From assembly GCA_021298155.1 (NCBI GenBank), contig JAJTEN010000010.1, positions 824-64,823 on the forward strand: DNA of 64,000 bases, read 5' to 3'. Below the pieces are notes generated by a model. It was not told the DNA's origin. It worked only from the letters and a program-made list of their open reading frames with translations, and made no database searches. Positions 10,442-20,176 of the stretch are shown one piece after another (within the stretch, counting starts at the first letter, position 1; the number at the start of each line of letters is the position of its first letter). The DNA comes from Sphingobacteriales bacterium. GTDB taxonomy: Bacteria; Bacteroidota; Bacteroidia; UKL13-3. Made by a program: the position numbers and the translations under genes.

Positions 10442-11672
10442 CTACTTCCCCTCCATGTGTATCTGCTAAAATAAGCGCTTCTTTGGCTGAATAATATTTT
10501 AGGTCAATATAAAAAAAGACAAAAAAACTTATGCCATAATATACGGTATTAGGCTGCAAAGCTATATGAATAAAAATTGCCCAAAAAAGCAGCGTAGTAT
10601 GTGCAATACTAGATCGAATAAAACTCAAATAATAAATATAAAATAGTACAAAAGATAAAACACCATATTGAACCAACAAAAATAAAAACCCAATATGTGG
10701 CTCATGGGTAGTTGTAAAATTTTCCCACCTAGAAGCAAAGTTTAACATACCCGGCCCCACCACAAAATAATTTTCGGTTAAAAATAAAAGTCCAGCATAA
10801 ATAGAATGTTGTCTGTCTAAATTACTTTGGCTTGCCTTATTGTCTGTGTTACTTAAAAATCTACCCACAGATGAATGAGGATTTTGGTTTGCATATGATA
10901 TTATTTGCTCATTAAAAATTAAACATAAAATGAGAATCAAGCCAATACAAACAAATACATATTTTAATTTTTTAAAGCTTATGTTCTCAAACAAAAGATA
11001 AACTAAAAACAATAAAATGATTAATAAACCTTGTCTTGAACCACTAATATCATTAAAATAAGTAATGAGCAAAAACAAACCTAATAGAAAAATAACTTTC
11101 TTTAGGTTGAAGACAGACACACTTTCTTTGAAGTAAATTAAAAAATAAATAATGAGGCTGCACGCATACGAATTTGAATCAATTAAACTTCCTGCAATTC
11201 TTCCTACTGTGCGCTTTTCAACATTTTCAGACAACATAAATGTCCATAAATAGGGCTGATAATATTCAAACAAGCCCTGCAAAATTAAAAGAAAAATAGA
11301 CCAAATTGCTAAGCGTTTGACCCAATGTAAAAGCAATTGCTTTTCACTAAATAACAAATAGGTCCATGTAAAATAAAAGGCATACAAAAGAATCCTAATC
11401 GTATCATTTATCTTTATGGCACTTTCATATAAGAAATAGTCTATTGTAAACAAAAAAAGTGAAAATAAAATACACAAAAAAGTATACCAATTTAACAACA
11501 ACTGCGTAGATTTTACCGAGTTCCAATTAACAATTGTATAATATACAGATATCAATAAACTACTACCTAGAATAAATATATTTGGAATTCTAGTTAAGCC
11601 AGATAATAGATATAGGTTATTTAAAAGCACTAAACCTATACCAAAATTCAAGGCTTTTTCAATTTGCTTCAT
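10431..11672 (-). CDS. O-antigen polymerase/ligase-family membrane protein (Wzy-like)
   Basis: 413 aa, highly hydrophobic polytopic protein with one larger loop (NQNPHSSVGRFLSNTDNKASQSNLDRQHS). It sits between the Wzz-like gene and wzx. Confidence 0.65.
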   Translation of the reverse strand: MKQIEKALNFGIGLVLLNNLYLLSGLTRIPNIFILGSSLLISVYYTIVNWNSVKSTQLLLNWYTFLCILFSLFLFTIDYFLYESAIKINDTIRILLYAFYFTWTYLLFSEKQLLLHWVKRLAIWSIFLLILQGLFEYYQPYLWTFMLSENVEKRTVGRIAGSLIDSNSYACSLIIYFLIYFKESVSVFNLKKVIFLLGLFLLITYFNDISGSRQGLLIILLFLVYLLFENISFKKLKYVFVCIGLILILCLIFNEQIISYANQNPHSSVGRFLSNTDNKASQSNLDRQHSIYAGLLFLTENYFVVGPGMLNFASRWENFTTTHEPHIGFLFLLVQYGVLSFVLFYIYYLSFIRSSIAHTTLLFWAIFIHIALQPNTVYYGISFFVFFYIDLKYYSAKEALILADTHGGEVDVA

Positions 11673-11680
11673 ATGGCTAA

Positions 11681-12763
11681 TTACCTGGAATTAGATTTCT
11701 TATATATAGGCCAAACCGTCCTAATAAATACTATTGTTTGCATACCTAAACCAAGCAACAAAAAGCCAAATGCAGCTAAAAAACTATATACAAGCTTAGA
11801 TTTATATTTGGCCTCCAAAGGCAACATTGGATCATCTACAACTTGAAAAACAGGGCGCTCTTGATCCAAATTAAACTTAGCAACTTCTTTATTTTTAACT
11901 ACTTCTGCATAAAATAAATTTAGAATTTCGAGTTTTCTTCTGAGCCTATTTTCGCCCACTTTACCAATAAACTTATTCACTTGAAAATTATTATCTATGG
12001 TATAGGCCATTTGATCTTCAACTTCTTGCAATGCATTTTTTAGTGAATCTTCTCTAATACTAATCAAATCATAATTATTTTGGAGCGATTTTATCGCAAC
12101 CATAGAGTAGAAATCAGCTAATTCATTATAAACTGCTTGAACAAAATCTTTAGAAAACAATTCATCGGTATATTCAAAACTCACAAACATCATCCCACTA
12201 CTTTGAGATCCCACCAAACTAGAAACTTTCTTTTTATACGAATCAACAATGTATTTTTTAGACAATAAAATCAACTGAATTAACTGATCCATGGCCATAT
12301 TCTCAGCCTTGCTCATTTGACTAATTTCTTTAGCTGTAAACGATTGGAATTTACTTAACACCGTATCTTGCGACCAATTCGCTTTCAAATCTCTAATGGC
12401 AATTAGCCTATCACCTAAAGTTTCCCCTTGTTCATTTTTGGTTAATAATGCCCCACCTATTATACGTTTGGTATAAGCTAAATAAAAAACCCTGTCTTCA
12501 GACACATTTAAACCTGTGCTTTGTCCTAAACCCAATTGCCCCGCCAAAGCACTGAGTCCACCCACGTTTGCCGACTTAGCATCATTTAACATAAATATCA
12601 ATTTCGCTTCAAATGTGGGCTTTTTAACTAGGGCATACGTAAGCCCAATGGCAAGTCCAACCAAAGTAAAACCAATACTTAATTTGGCTTTTTTCTTAAG
12701 GAATACAATATAATCTTTTAATAATACTAACAATTGATCCTTCTGTATTGATTCGTTTTGCAT
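11681..12763 (-). CDS. Chain-length determinant (Wzz/PCP-like), no kinase domain
   Basis: 360 aa with an N-terminal TM (LSIGFTLVGLAIGLTYALV) and a C-terminal TM (LVYSFLAAFGFLLLGLGMQTIVFI) flanking a coiled-coil-like periplasmic region. No Walker A motif or Tyr-rich tail. Confidence 0.7.
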   Translation of the reverse strand: MQNESIQKDQLLVLLKDYIVFLKKKAKLSIGFTLVGLAIGLTYALVKKPTFEAKLIFMLNDAKSANVGGLSALAGQLGLGQSTGLNVSEDRVFYLAYTKRIIGGALLTKNEQGETLGDRLIAIRDLKANWSQDTVLSKFQSFTAKEISQMSKAENMAMDQLIQLILLSKKYIVDSYKKKVSSLVGSQSSGMMFVSFEYTDELFSKDFVQAVYNELADFYSMVAIKSLQNNYDLISIREDSLKNALQEVEDQMAYTIDNNFQVNKFIGKVGENRLRRKLEILNLFYAEVVKNKEVAKFNLDQERPVFQVVDDPMLPLEAKYKSKLVYSFLAAFGFLLLGLGMQTIVFIRTVWPIYKKSNSR

Positions 12764-12794
12764 TGTTATCTTTATTTATTGAAAAGCATTTTAC

Positions 12795-12802
12795 CAAACC
12801 TA
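12795..12802 (-). promoter_or_regulatory. Candidate Bacteroidetes-type -7 promoter box (TAGGTTTG) upstream of the Wzz-like gene
   Basis: Exact match to the TAnnTTTG consensus on the minus strand, 31 nt upstream of the ATG at 12763, in the 46-nt wza-wzz spacer. No clear -33 TTTG. Confidence 0.3.
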
Positions 12803-12809
12803 CCCTGCC

Positions 12810-15299
12810 TTAGAATTTAATTACAGTGGATAGGATAAAAATCATACTCGTTAAACTGGTTGCAATGGTTACCATCTCAATAGCAGACAAATTCTTCTTT
12901 TCATCTTTTAATGGGATTACAATCTCTGCACCAGGCTTCACTTTTGGATATACTTTAAAGAGCAGAAAATTCTTGGTATCTTTGGCTGTACCATTGGCAT
13001 AAACGATATAGGAACGCTTTTTTAACGACTTAGAACTGAACCCTCCTGCCATGGAGACATATTTTTTAAAACTACTCCCACCCTCATATCTCAATCTTAC
13101 AGGATACAATACTTGCCCGCTCACCAAAACTGTTTGCTTTAAGAATGGAATTTCTAACACATCTCCATCTCTCATATACAAATCTTCCTTTGATCCTGGT
13201 CGTTTTAATATTTTCTCTAAATCAATACCAACAATATCAGCATCTCTGCTCATCTCTTTCTCAATTTCCTCGCTAACCTTTACCGAATCTTTACTTAATT
13301 TTTTGAGGGCATCCAACTTATTCTGCTTAATAATCAAATCCTGTAAAGTATTACCCTTTTTGCGAATTAGAATAGCCCCACCCGGAAATCCAATAGCCGT
13401 TATCCCTCCGGTGCGTTTTAAAACATCAGAAATTCTTTCATTACCTTTTGATAATACATATTTACCTGGAAACATTACTTCCCCATTTACCTCTACTTGT
13501 ATTTGAGGCCTATAACCAGGAACTGAGAATATGGTTACTATGTCAAATGGCCTTAACTCATAATTAAAATTGGGATCAGACTTTAACTCTTTATTGATAG
13601 AGATAATTTGAACCTTGGCAATTTCGCTAGTAGCATTCAACTTATCTACATCAAAGGATCGCTGGGCAACTTGAATATTTGTTAATGAAGCAGCTTCTTT
13701 TAAACCTCCCGCCATAATAATCAAGTCCTCTATTTTCATATTTGCCGCATACGGATATACTCCAGGCTTTAAAACATTACCATTAATAGTAAGGTTTAAA
13801 TTTTCGCGCATTTCTAGTTGTGAAGCTATGGTAATTTTATCTTCACGTTTTAGCTCAACATCACTCGACCCCGCCAACAAATCTTTTAGATTAACAGAAA
13901 GCATCTCCAATGAATTATCTTCTTTGGTGCGCAAAATGGTAGCACGCGTTAAAAAGGCATCTTCTTTTAAGCCTTCTGCATTTGCTATCAAAGTTTTTAA
14001 ACTTGGGTTTTCATGAATGCTAAAGTATCCTGGTCTAAATACTGCTCCCTCAATTTGAACCCTATTTTCGTAGCGATTCAAGATACTATCCACCAAATAT
14101 TGATCACCATTATTGGGCAAAAATAACCCAAATTTATCTTCCGTTACCTCCGATACACTTTTCATGCTTCCGGTATTTCTTATCACTTTAATCCTTTTTG
14201 AATAGGCTTGTGAAGTAAAACCACCCGCATATTTTAATAAATGACTCACATTTTCTTTAGGCAGTAATTCAAAAAAACCATCTCGTTTAACAAATCCAAT
14301 CAATTCTACTCTAATATCGTAAGGTTCAACCTTAATTACATCCTGATCTTTTAATGGAATATTTCCTTTGGCATTTCCATTAATTAAAAAGTCATACATA
14401 TCAACCTTAGCCAATACTTTATTGCCACGTATTACTTTAATATTCCTGAAAGATCCATTCATATTTGGTCCACCAGAAACATACAAGGCATTAAATACAG
14501 ACGCCAAAGAGGGTAGCGAATAGGTTCCAGGTAAAACCACTTCCCCCAAAATAGTAACTTGAATATTTCTAATATTTCCGAGGTTTACAGATACGGAGGT
14601 TTCACCAGTGCTAATTCTTGGATATATTTTTAACAACTGACTACGAATCTTTTTCTGAGCTTGTTCAATCGTTAATCCGGCAACTTGAATCGGACCAAAA
14701 TTGGGAACGCGGATGTGACCTTCTGGACTAACTACCAATTTAAAACTTTGTTCCGAAAAGCCAAAGATATCTATGAGTAACTCATCTTCTGGACCAATCT
14801 GGTAGTTTAAGGGCGTTGCCATTTTTAGATTTGGCTCAAAACTCAATCGGGGATTATTAAATAACTCTGAACCAAATATTTTGGGCAATAATAATGTAAA
14901 AGGATTTTCAGTTTCAAACAATGGGACATCAGACTTTACCGCAGTTCTTTGAGCGGAAGTTTGCTCCAACACTGAAGTTTTATTCGGTTCAGAAATAGCA
15001 CCTAATTTATTCATTCTGAGCATCAACTTCTCAATTTCAGCGTTTGGCAAACCCCGTTTTTGTAAAGCTAATTCTAAATCTGCTAACGTTGCACCTTGCA
15101 CTAAAAATTTGTCCTTAAAATTGATTATTTGCTGATCGCTGAGCTCATCAACCTTAACATTTGTTAGGTTTTCTTGAGGATTTTTTATGCTCTGAGCCAA
15201 TAATTGGGCTTGGAACGAACCTAAAAATAGAACCAAAATAATCAAACGAAAATGCCGTATTATCATAATATTCCTGATTTTCAATGGAGATATCTTCAT
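12810..15299 (-). CDS. wza: Polysaccharide export outer-membrane protein, long-form Wza/BexD-like with repeated SLBB domains
   Basis: 829 aa with a signal peptide (HFRLIILVLFLGSFQAQLLAQS) and a Poly_export-like region (YQIGPEDELLIDIF). Repeated soluble-ligand-binding beta-grasp units follow (e.g. GEVVLPGTYSL, GAVFRPGYFSI, GNVLKPGVYPY, GEVMFPGKYVL, GQVLYPVRLRY). A C-terminal TM helix is present. Confidence 0.85.
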   Translation of the reverse strand: MKISPLKIRNIMIIRHFRLIILVLFLGSFQAQLLAQSIKNPQENLTNVKVDELSDQQIINFKDKFLVQGATLADLELALQKRGLPNAEIEKLMLRMNKLGAISEPNKTSVLEQTSAQRTAVKSDVPLFETENPFTLLLPKIFGSELFNNPRLSFEPNLKMATPLNYQIGPEDELLIDIFGFSEQSFKLVVSPEGHIRVPNFGPIQVAGLTIEQAQKKIRSQLLKIYPRISTGETSVSVNLGNIRNIQVTILGEVVLPGTYSLPSLASVFNALYVSGGPNMNGSFRNIKVIRGNKVLAKVDMYDFLINGNAKGNIPLKDQDVIKVEPYDIRVELIGFVKRDGFFELLPKENVSHLLKYAGGFTSQAYSKRIKVIRNTGSMKSVSEVTEDKFGLFLPNNGDQYLVDSILNRYENRVQIEGAVFRPGYFSIHENPSLKTLIANAEGLKEDAFLTRATILRTKEDNSLEMLSVNLKDLLAGSSDVELKREDKITIASQLEMRENLNLTINGNVLKPGVYPYAANMKIEDLIIMAGGLKEAASLTNIQVAQRSFDVDKLNATSEIAKVQIISINKELKSDPNFNYELRPFDIVTIFSVPGYRPQIQVEVNGEVMFPGKYVLSKGNERISDVLKRTGGITAIGFPGGAILIRKKGNTLQDLIIKQNKLDALKKLSKDSVKVSEEIEKEMSRDADIVGIDLEKILKRPGSKEDLYMRDGDVLEIPFLKQTVLVSGQVLYPVRLRYEGGSSFKKYVSMAGGFSSKSLKKRSYIVYANGTAKDTKNFLLFKVYPKVKPGAEIVIPLKDEKKNLSAIEMVTIATSLTSMIFILSTVIKF

Positions 15300-15462
15300 G
15301 AAATAATTTTATTTGAATTGGGCAAATTAAGCTTTTCAATAAAATTTTCCTCAATTTTCTCATAAAGCAGCAACTTTTGAGTGTTTTTTGCTTACTTCTA
15401 TTATATTCGTGCCGCTTCAAAAAATCATAAAAAAACAAATTTGAAGTAGTTGCCTAGAAAAA

Positions 15463-17748
15463 ATGATACGTACATTCAAAAAGCTTTTATACACGCTGGT
15501 TCTCTCTCTTTTAACAACTATGTCTTTTGCCCAAACGGGTGAAATTAGAGGTTTCGTTTTTGATAAAGAAACTGGAGAGCCTATGATTTTTACCAATGTA
15601 GTTATCAAGGAACTAATGATTGGTAAAAACACAGATGAAAATGGATTTTACTCCCTTTCAAAAGTTAAGCCAGGCAATTACACCCTGATGTGCTTTGGGT
15701 TAGGTTATGATTCCAGTTTTGCTAAAATTACCGTTAAACCAGGTGGAATAATTACTCAAAACCTGTTTTTAAGAGCTAAAAAGTTTGAATTAAACACCGT
15801 TGAAATTAAAGCCGACAAACAAAAGCAAAAAGAAAATGTAAATATTTCGGCAAACACCATTACCCAAAAAGAACTAAAACAGTTGCCAACTTTTGGTGGT
15901 GAACCCGATTTAGTTCAATATCTACAGGTTTTACCAGGCGTAAACTTTAGTGGCGACCAAGGCGGACAGTTATATGTGCGCGGCGGACCACCGGTAATGA
16001 ATAAAGTAATGTTAGATGGAATGATTATTTATAATCCGTTTCATAGTATCGGACTTTTCTCTGTTTTTGATGCAGACATCATTAGAAACGCAGAGGTTAG
16101 CTCTGGAGGCTTTAACGCACAATACGGTGGGAGAATTAGTGGAATTATAGATGTGAGTACACGTGAGGGTGATAAGAAAAAGTTTTCGGGCAAAATAGCC
16201 GGCAATCCAATGAGTTCAAAAATTTTATTGGAAGGACCGTTAAGAAAATTTACTGAAGATGGCGGTAGTTCTTCTTATATTTTATCTTATAAAAGTTCTT
16301 ACTTAAATAAAACCGGACCTATCCTATATAGTTATGCCGACAAAGAAAACGGCCTACCCTACTCGTTTAACGATATTTATGGAAAATTCTCCAATGTAAC
16401 GTCAAATGGAAGCAGGCTAAACTTGTTTGGATTCCATTTCGACGATAAAACCCAATTTACAAATAATCAATACACTTGGACATCAAATGGTTTTGGTGGA
16501 AACCTTTTAGTTATCCCAGATGGATCTAACACATTGATTAATGCCAATATCGGGTATTCTAACTACCAAATGAACCAAAAAACATTAGATAATTTGCCAA
16601 GAGAGAGCTATATCAGTAGTTTTAATACCAGCATAAATTTCACCAATTTTATTGGCAAAGACGACGTAAAATATGGTTTTGAGGCCGTTGGATTTGGCAC
16701 CCAATTTCAATATACCAATGGCGTGGGCAGATTGCTTAAACAAGATGATTATGCAACCGAAATTCATGGTTTTTTTAAGTATAGAAAAGTATGGAAACGT
16801 TTTATAATTGAACCGGGCTTGAGAGCTGTTTATTATTCTTCTTTAACTGAAGGCAGCTTTGAACCTCGACTCGGATTAAAATACAATGTAAGCAGCACAG
16901 TTCGTGTTAAACTAGCCGCCGGAACCTATTCACAAAATTTAATGGCTGCAGTGAGCGATCAAGATGTTGTGAATTTATTTTATGGCTTTTTATCTAGTCC
17001 AGACGAGGTAAATAGCGAAACGCGTCGCCAAACGGCAGAACACCTAGTTATAGGAACAGAAATAGATTTAGGTAAAAATATTGAGATAAACATCGAAGGA
17101 TTTATCAAAAACTTCTCGCAAATAACCAATATCAACCGCGATAAAATTTATGATAACTCGGCAGACAATTTGGGTAAGCCCTATTACCTCCGCGGTGATG
17201 TGATAAAAGAAACCGGGAAAGCGTATGGGGCAGATGCACGTTTAAAATACGAATTTAAAAACTTCTATTTATGGGCCGTGTACTCTTTAACCTTTGTTAC
17301 AAGAAATGATGGCAGAAGAGATTATACACCCCATTTTGATAGAAGACATAATGTTAATTTAGTATTTACGTATGCTTGGGGAGATAAAAAAAGTTGGAGT
17401 TTAAATACCCGATGGAACTTTGGCTCTGGCTTTCCATTCACCCAAACCCAAGGCTTTTTTGCCAACCTAGATTTTAGCAATGGCGTGAGCACCAACATCA
17501 ACAATCAAAATGGAAATTTAGGCGTACACTACACAGATGTAAATACGGGCAGACTACCCTATTTCCATCGTTTAGATGCCTCTATTTCTAAGAAAATTTA
17601 TTTTGAAAAAAGTAGAACGCTCAGCATTATCGCATCGGCTACCAATGTGTATAATAGGGAAAATATTTTCTTCTTTGACCGTTTAAATTACAGAAGAACC
17701 AACCAGTTACCTATTATGCCAACCTTAGGGTTTAATTATACTTTCTAG
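15463..17748 (+). CDS. TonB-dependent receptor with N-terminal CarboxypepD_reg-like domain
   Basis: 761 aa with a signal peptide, GEIRGFVFDKETGEPMIFTNVVI (carboxypeptidase-regulatory-like fold), plug-type segments and a beta-barrel ending in ...TLGFNYTF. No adjacent SusD-like gene. Confidence 0.85.
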   Translation: MIRTFKKLLYTLVLSLLTTMSFAQTGEIRGFVFDKETGEPMIFTNVVIKELMIGKNTDENGFYSLSKVKPGNYTLMCFGLGYDSSFAKITVKPGGIITQNLFLRAKKFELNTVEIKADKQKQKENVNISANTITQKELKQLPTFGGEPDLVQYLQVLPGVNFSGDQGGQLYVRGGPPVMNKVMLDGMIIYNPFHSIGLFSVFDADIIRNAEVSSGGFNAQYGGRISGIIDVSTREGDKKKFSGKIAGNPMSSKILLEGPLRKFTEDGGSSSYILSYKSSYLNKTGPILYSYADKENGLPYSFNDIYGKFSNVTSNGSRLNLFGFHFDDKTQFTNNQYTWTSNGFGGNLLVIPDGSNTLINANIGYSNYQMNQKTLDNLPRESYISSFNTSINFTNFIGKDDVKYGFEAVGFGTQFQYTNGVGRLLKQDDYATEIHGFFKYRKVWKRFIIEPGLRAVYYSSLTEGSFEPRLGLKYNVSSTVRVKLAAGTYSQNLMAAVSDQDVVNLFYGFLSSPDEVNSETRRQTAEHLVIGTEIDLGKNIEINIEGFIKNFSQITNINRDKIYDNSADNLGKPYYLRGDVIKETGKAYGADARLKYEFKNFYLWAVYSLTFVTRNDGRRDYTPHFDRRHNVNLVFTYAWGDKKSWSLNTRWNFGSGFPFTQTQGFFANLDFSNGVSTNINNQNGNLGVHYTDVNTGRLPYFHRLDASISKKIYFEKSRTLSIIASATNVYNRENIFFFDRLNYRRTNQLPIMPTLGFNYTF

Positions 17749-19386
17749 GCTATCGGTTTGAACCAAACGCTTGTAGAAAACAAATCCTCCAGCCCTTCCA
17801 ATCTCTTGTAAACTCGGATTAATATGATCTTGGATATTGTTTACATGCAAAGAAAAATACGCATCTTTATCTATTGTTCCATGTAATAGCCAATCTATTG
17901 TTTTAGCGCTATCATTGCTGTGCGGCTTGGTTCGGCCATAAAAATATTGGGCGTAACTTTTATACCCAAGGGTTTCAATGTAAACGTCTTTGTTTTGTAA
18001 AGTTTTAAAAAAAGAGATGGCAGGAGCCTGACTATACTGCTCAATTCTTGGAGCCAAAACCGCCAATAAACAAGGTATTAACAAGGAATGAAACAATAAA
18101 AAACCGCGTAAACCAGGCATAACATTCCCCTTTTTTAACTGAAGAACAACAATTAGTAATGCCAAGAACAAACCCAATCCTAATAAAAACTCCCAACCTT
18201 GCCAGCCACCATTTACTTGTAAAGATGCAATAGCAAAATCATCTGTAATAAATGGAATAAGTTTGGCTTTAAAGCTATCAATAAACGTAATAGCCATTAA
18301 TAAGAATGATAGCATTGTACCAACGAAAAGGAAGAATACAGTTTGATATTTCTTCCAAGTTATTTGTGATAAATCAAATTGATATAAAAAATGTGCCGCT
18401 AAAAAAGTTAAGGGCAAATAGCACAAGGAACTATAATGTACAATTTTTGTCTCTACAATCGAAAATAAAATAAGTACAACCCAAAAACATAAACGCATAA
18501 AAAATAATAATTGCAATTGTGCTGATGTGTCTGTTTGGGCTTTACTTCTGATTAAATTGGGAAAGGCAATAATAGAGGCAGGAAAACAACCTAACAATAA
18601 AACCAACGGATGATACCAAAATGGTTGACCATGCCCCGCCACTGGATTTAAAAATAAATCTACTTGATAGGCAATAAAAGCGAAAAGAAAATCAGGTCCG
18701 TTTTGAATGGTTTCTAGTCCAAACCACATAGCACTCACTATAAAAGCGCTTAATGTAGCATAAAACAAATGGGATACATAAAAGAAAATTTTACCTTTTT
18801 GAAAAGCCCAATAAACCAGAAAACACAAGACAATAATTACAACCGCAACCGGACCTTTAGTAATTATTGCAAGACCCAAAAATAAACCCAACAACCAAGC
18901 ATGTAGCGGATTTTTGCCCAAACTGTATAAAAATAGCTGGTATATAGAAAGAATGATAAACAAATTATACAATGGATCTATAATACCCGTTTTAAAATAC
19001 AAATGGGGAGTTAAAGAACCCGTAGTTAGCAATACCCATATCCAGGCAAAACGTTTAGTAAACCAACGATGTGCCACAGAGAATATAAATAGTAAGGTAA
19101 TTATGCCAACCAAAGCATTGGGCAGCCGAGCTGCAAACTCATTTACACCAAAAATATGCATACTTGCCGCTTGTAACCAAAAAAATAAAGGCGGTTTTTC
19201 GGTAAATGCACTAAAATTAATTTGAACTTTCTGGTAATTCCCTGTTAATAGCATTTCACGAGCCGATTCAGCAAAATTCACCTCGTCCCAATCAAATAAA
19301 TGCACAGCCCCTAAAAAGGGTATAAATAACACACATGACCAAACAAAAACTAACAGGTAAGCATATTTATCTATTAAATTTTTCAT
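17725..19386 (-). CDS. ArnT/PMT-like GT-C glycosyltransferase (GT39/GT83-type)
   Basis: 553 aa, polytopic. The first-loop motif HLFDWDEVNFAESAREMLLTGNY...TEKPPLFFWLQA is characteristic of ArnT/dolichyl-phosphate-mannose transferase-like enzymes. Its 3' end overlaps the TonB receptor gene by 24 nt (convergent). Confidence 0.8.
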   Translation of the reverse strand: MKNLIDKYAYLLVFVWSCVLFIPFLGAVHLFDWDEVNFAESAREMLLTGNYQKVQINFSAFTEKPPLFFWLQAASMHIFGVNEFAARLPNALVGIITLLFIFSVAHRWFTKRFAWIWVLLTTGSLTPHLYFKTGIIDPLYNLFIILSIYQLFLYSLGKNPLHAWLLGLFLGLAIITKGPVAVVIIVLCFLVYWAFQKGKIFFYVSHLFYATLSAFIVSAMWFGLETIQNGPDFLFAFIAYQVDLFLNPVAGHGQPFWYHPLVLLLGCFPASIIAFPNLIRSKAQTDTSAQLQLLFFMRLCFWVVLILFSIVETKIVHYSSLCYLPLTFLAAHFLYQFDLSQITWKKYQTVFFLFVGTMLSFLLMAITFIDSFKAKLIPFITDDFAIASLQVNGGWQGWEFLLGLGLFLALLIVVLQLKKGNVMPGLRGFLLFHSLLIPCLLAVLAPRIEQYSQAPAISFFKTLQNKDVYIETLGYKSYAQYFYGRTKPHSNDSAKTIDWLLHGTIDKDAYFSLHVNNIQDHINPSLQEIGRAGGFVFYKRLVQTDSLESIIKP

Positions 19387-20018
19387 ACCCTAAGCTTCTT
19401 AAAAATAAAATCTAATTTACCTGTTTGTAACCAAAAGGTATAAATAAGAAATGCGGCACTGAAGCCTATAAATGCCCCAACAGTGACATCAACCAGGTAG
19501 TGCTGCAATAAATACATTCTAGTAAAACCAGTAAAAAAAGCCAAAACAATCCAAATTTGGCGGTTTAAAGCAGAAGCAGAAAAAAAGTAAAGAGAACCAA
19601 AAAAGGCAAAAGCTGATGTGGTATGTCCGCTTGGAAAACTAAAATTATAACTTACATCTGTGCCAGGTGCCACATAATAGGCAAGTTCTTTATGTGCTTC
19701 TAAATACCATAATGGACGATGGTATTGAGGGAAAACGAAGTGCTTGAGTGATTGAGTTACGCCAGAACTGATCAAATAAGTTAATAGTAAAACAAACGCC
19801 ATTCTGGGCTTGAAAAAAAATAGGATCAAACTAATGGATACAATAAACCAACCATCTCCCAAAAAAGTACCATATACACAAATGGCATCTAGAACGGGTT
19901 GATGGTAAGTATTTATCCATAATACAATATCTAATTGAGCCACAAAAAGCTGAATCAAAATAAGCGGAATCAATAAACTAATACCTGTTGAATAGCGAAT
20001 GTAATTTTGTTTGTGCAT
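19383..20018 (-). CDS. PAP2-family (type 2 phosphatidic acid phosphatase-like) membrane phosphatase
   Basis: 211 aa. Acid-phosphatase motifs are present: SFPSGHTTSAFAF (PSGH) and TRMYLLQHYLVD (R-x5-H-x3-D). ATGA overlap with the downstream ArnT-like gene. Confidence 0.85.
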   Translation of the reverse strand: MHKQNYIRYSTGISLLIPLILIQLFVAQLDIVLWINTYHQPVLDAICVYGTFLGDGWFIVSISLILFFFKPRMAFVLLLTYLISSGVTQSLKHFVFPQYHRPLWYLEAHKELAYYVAPGTDVSYNFSFPSGHTTSAFAFFGSLYFFSASALNRQIWIVLAFFTGFTRMYLLQHYLVDVTVGAFIGFSAAFLIYTFWLQTGKLDFIFKKLRV

Positions 20019-20148
20019 GAATACTGCAATATTAAATCAAAATGCGCCTTTTCACAAGTCACATCAAAGTGTCTATTTAGTTAATCACACCAAATGCGTA
20101 TGCACCAATATGGGGATAAAACTAGTTTTATTAAGTAAGCATTGCATT

Positions 20149-20156
20149 TAATTTTG
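20149..20156 (+). promoter_or_regulatory. Candidate Bacteroidetes-type -7 promoter box (TAATTTTG)
   Basis: Exact TAnnTTTG match, 20 nt upstream of the ATG at 20177, in the 158-nt spacer between the divergent PAP2 and TPR genes. Confidence 0.35.
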
Positions 20157-20176
20157 ATAGCAGTTGTACCAGATTC

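Noticed and set aside
13051-13506. Long antisense ORFs opposite real genes: 13051-13506, 38788-39231, 50301-50792, 52535-52996, 59989-60396, 25433-25741, 57763-58125 and others in the track
   Set aside because: Each lies entirely inside a confidently identified gene on the other strand. Their translations are low-complexity, Ser/Leu/Pro/Cys-rich and without recognisable motifs. This is the usual shadow-ORF pattern in AT-rich genomes.
15154-15632. Small ORFs (94 aa and 71 aa) in and around the wza / TonB-receptor divergent spacer
   Set aside because: They overlap the starts of both flanking genes, have biased composition and lack signal or motif content. The spacer is better read as a divergent promoter region, though I found no exact TAnnTTTG box there.
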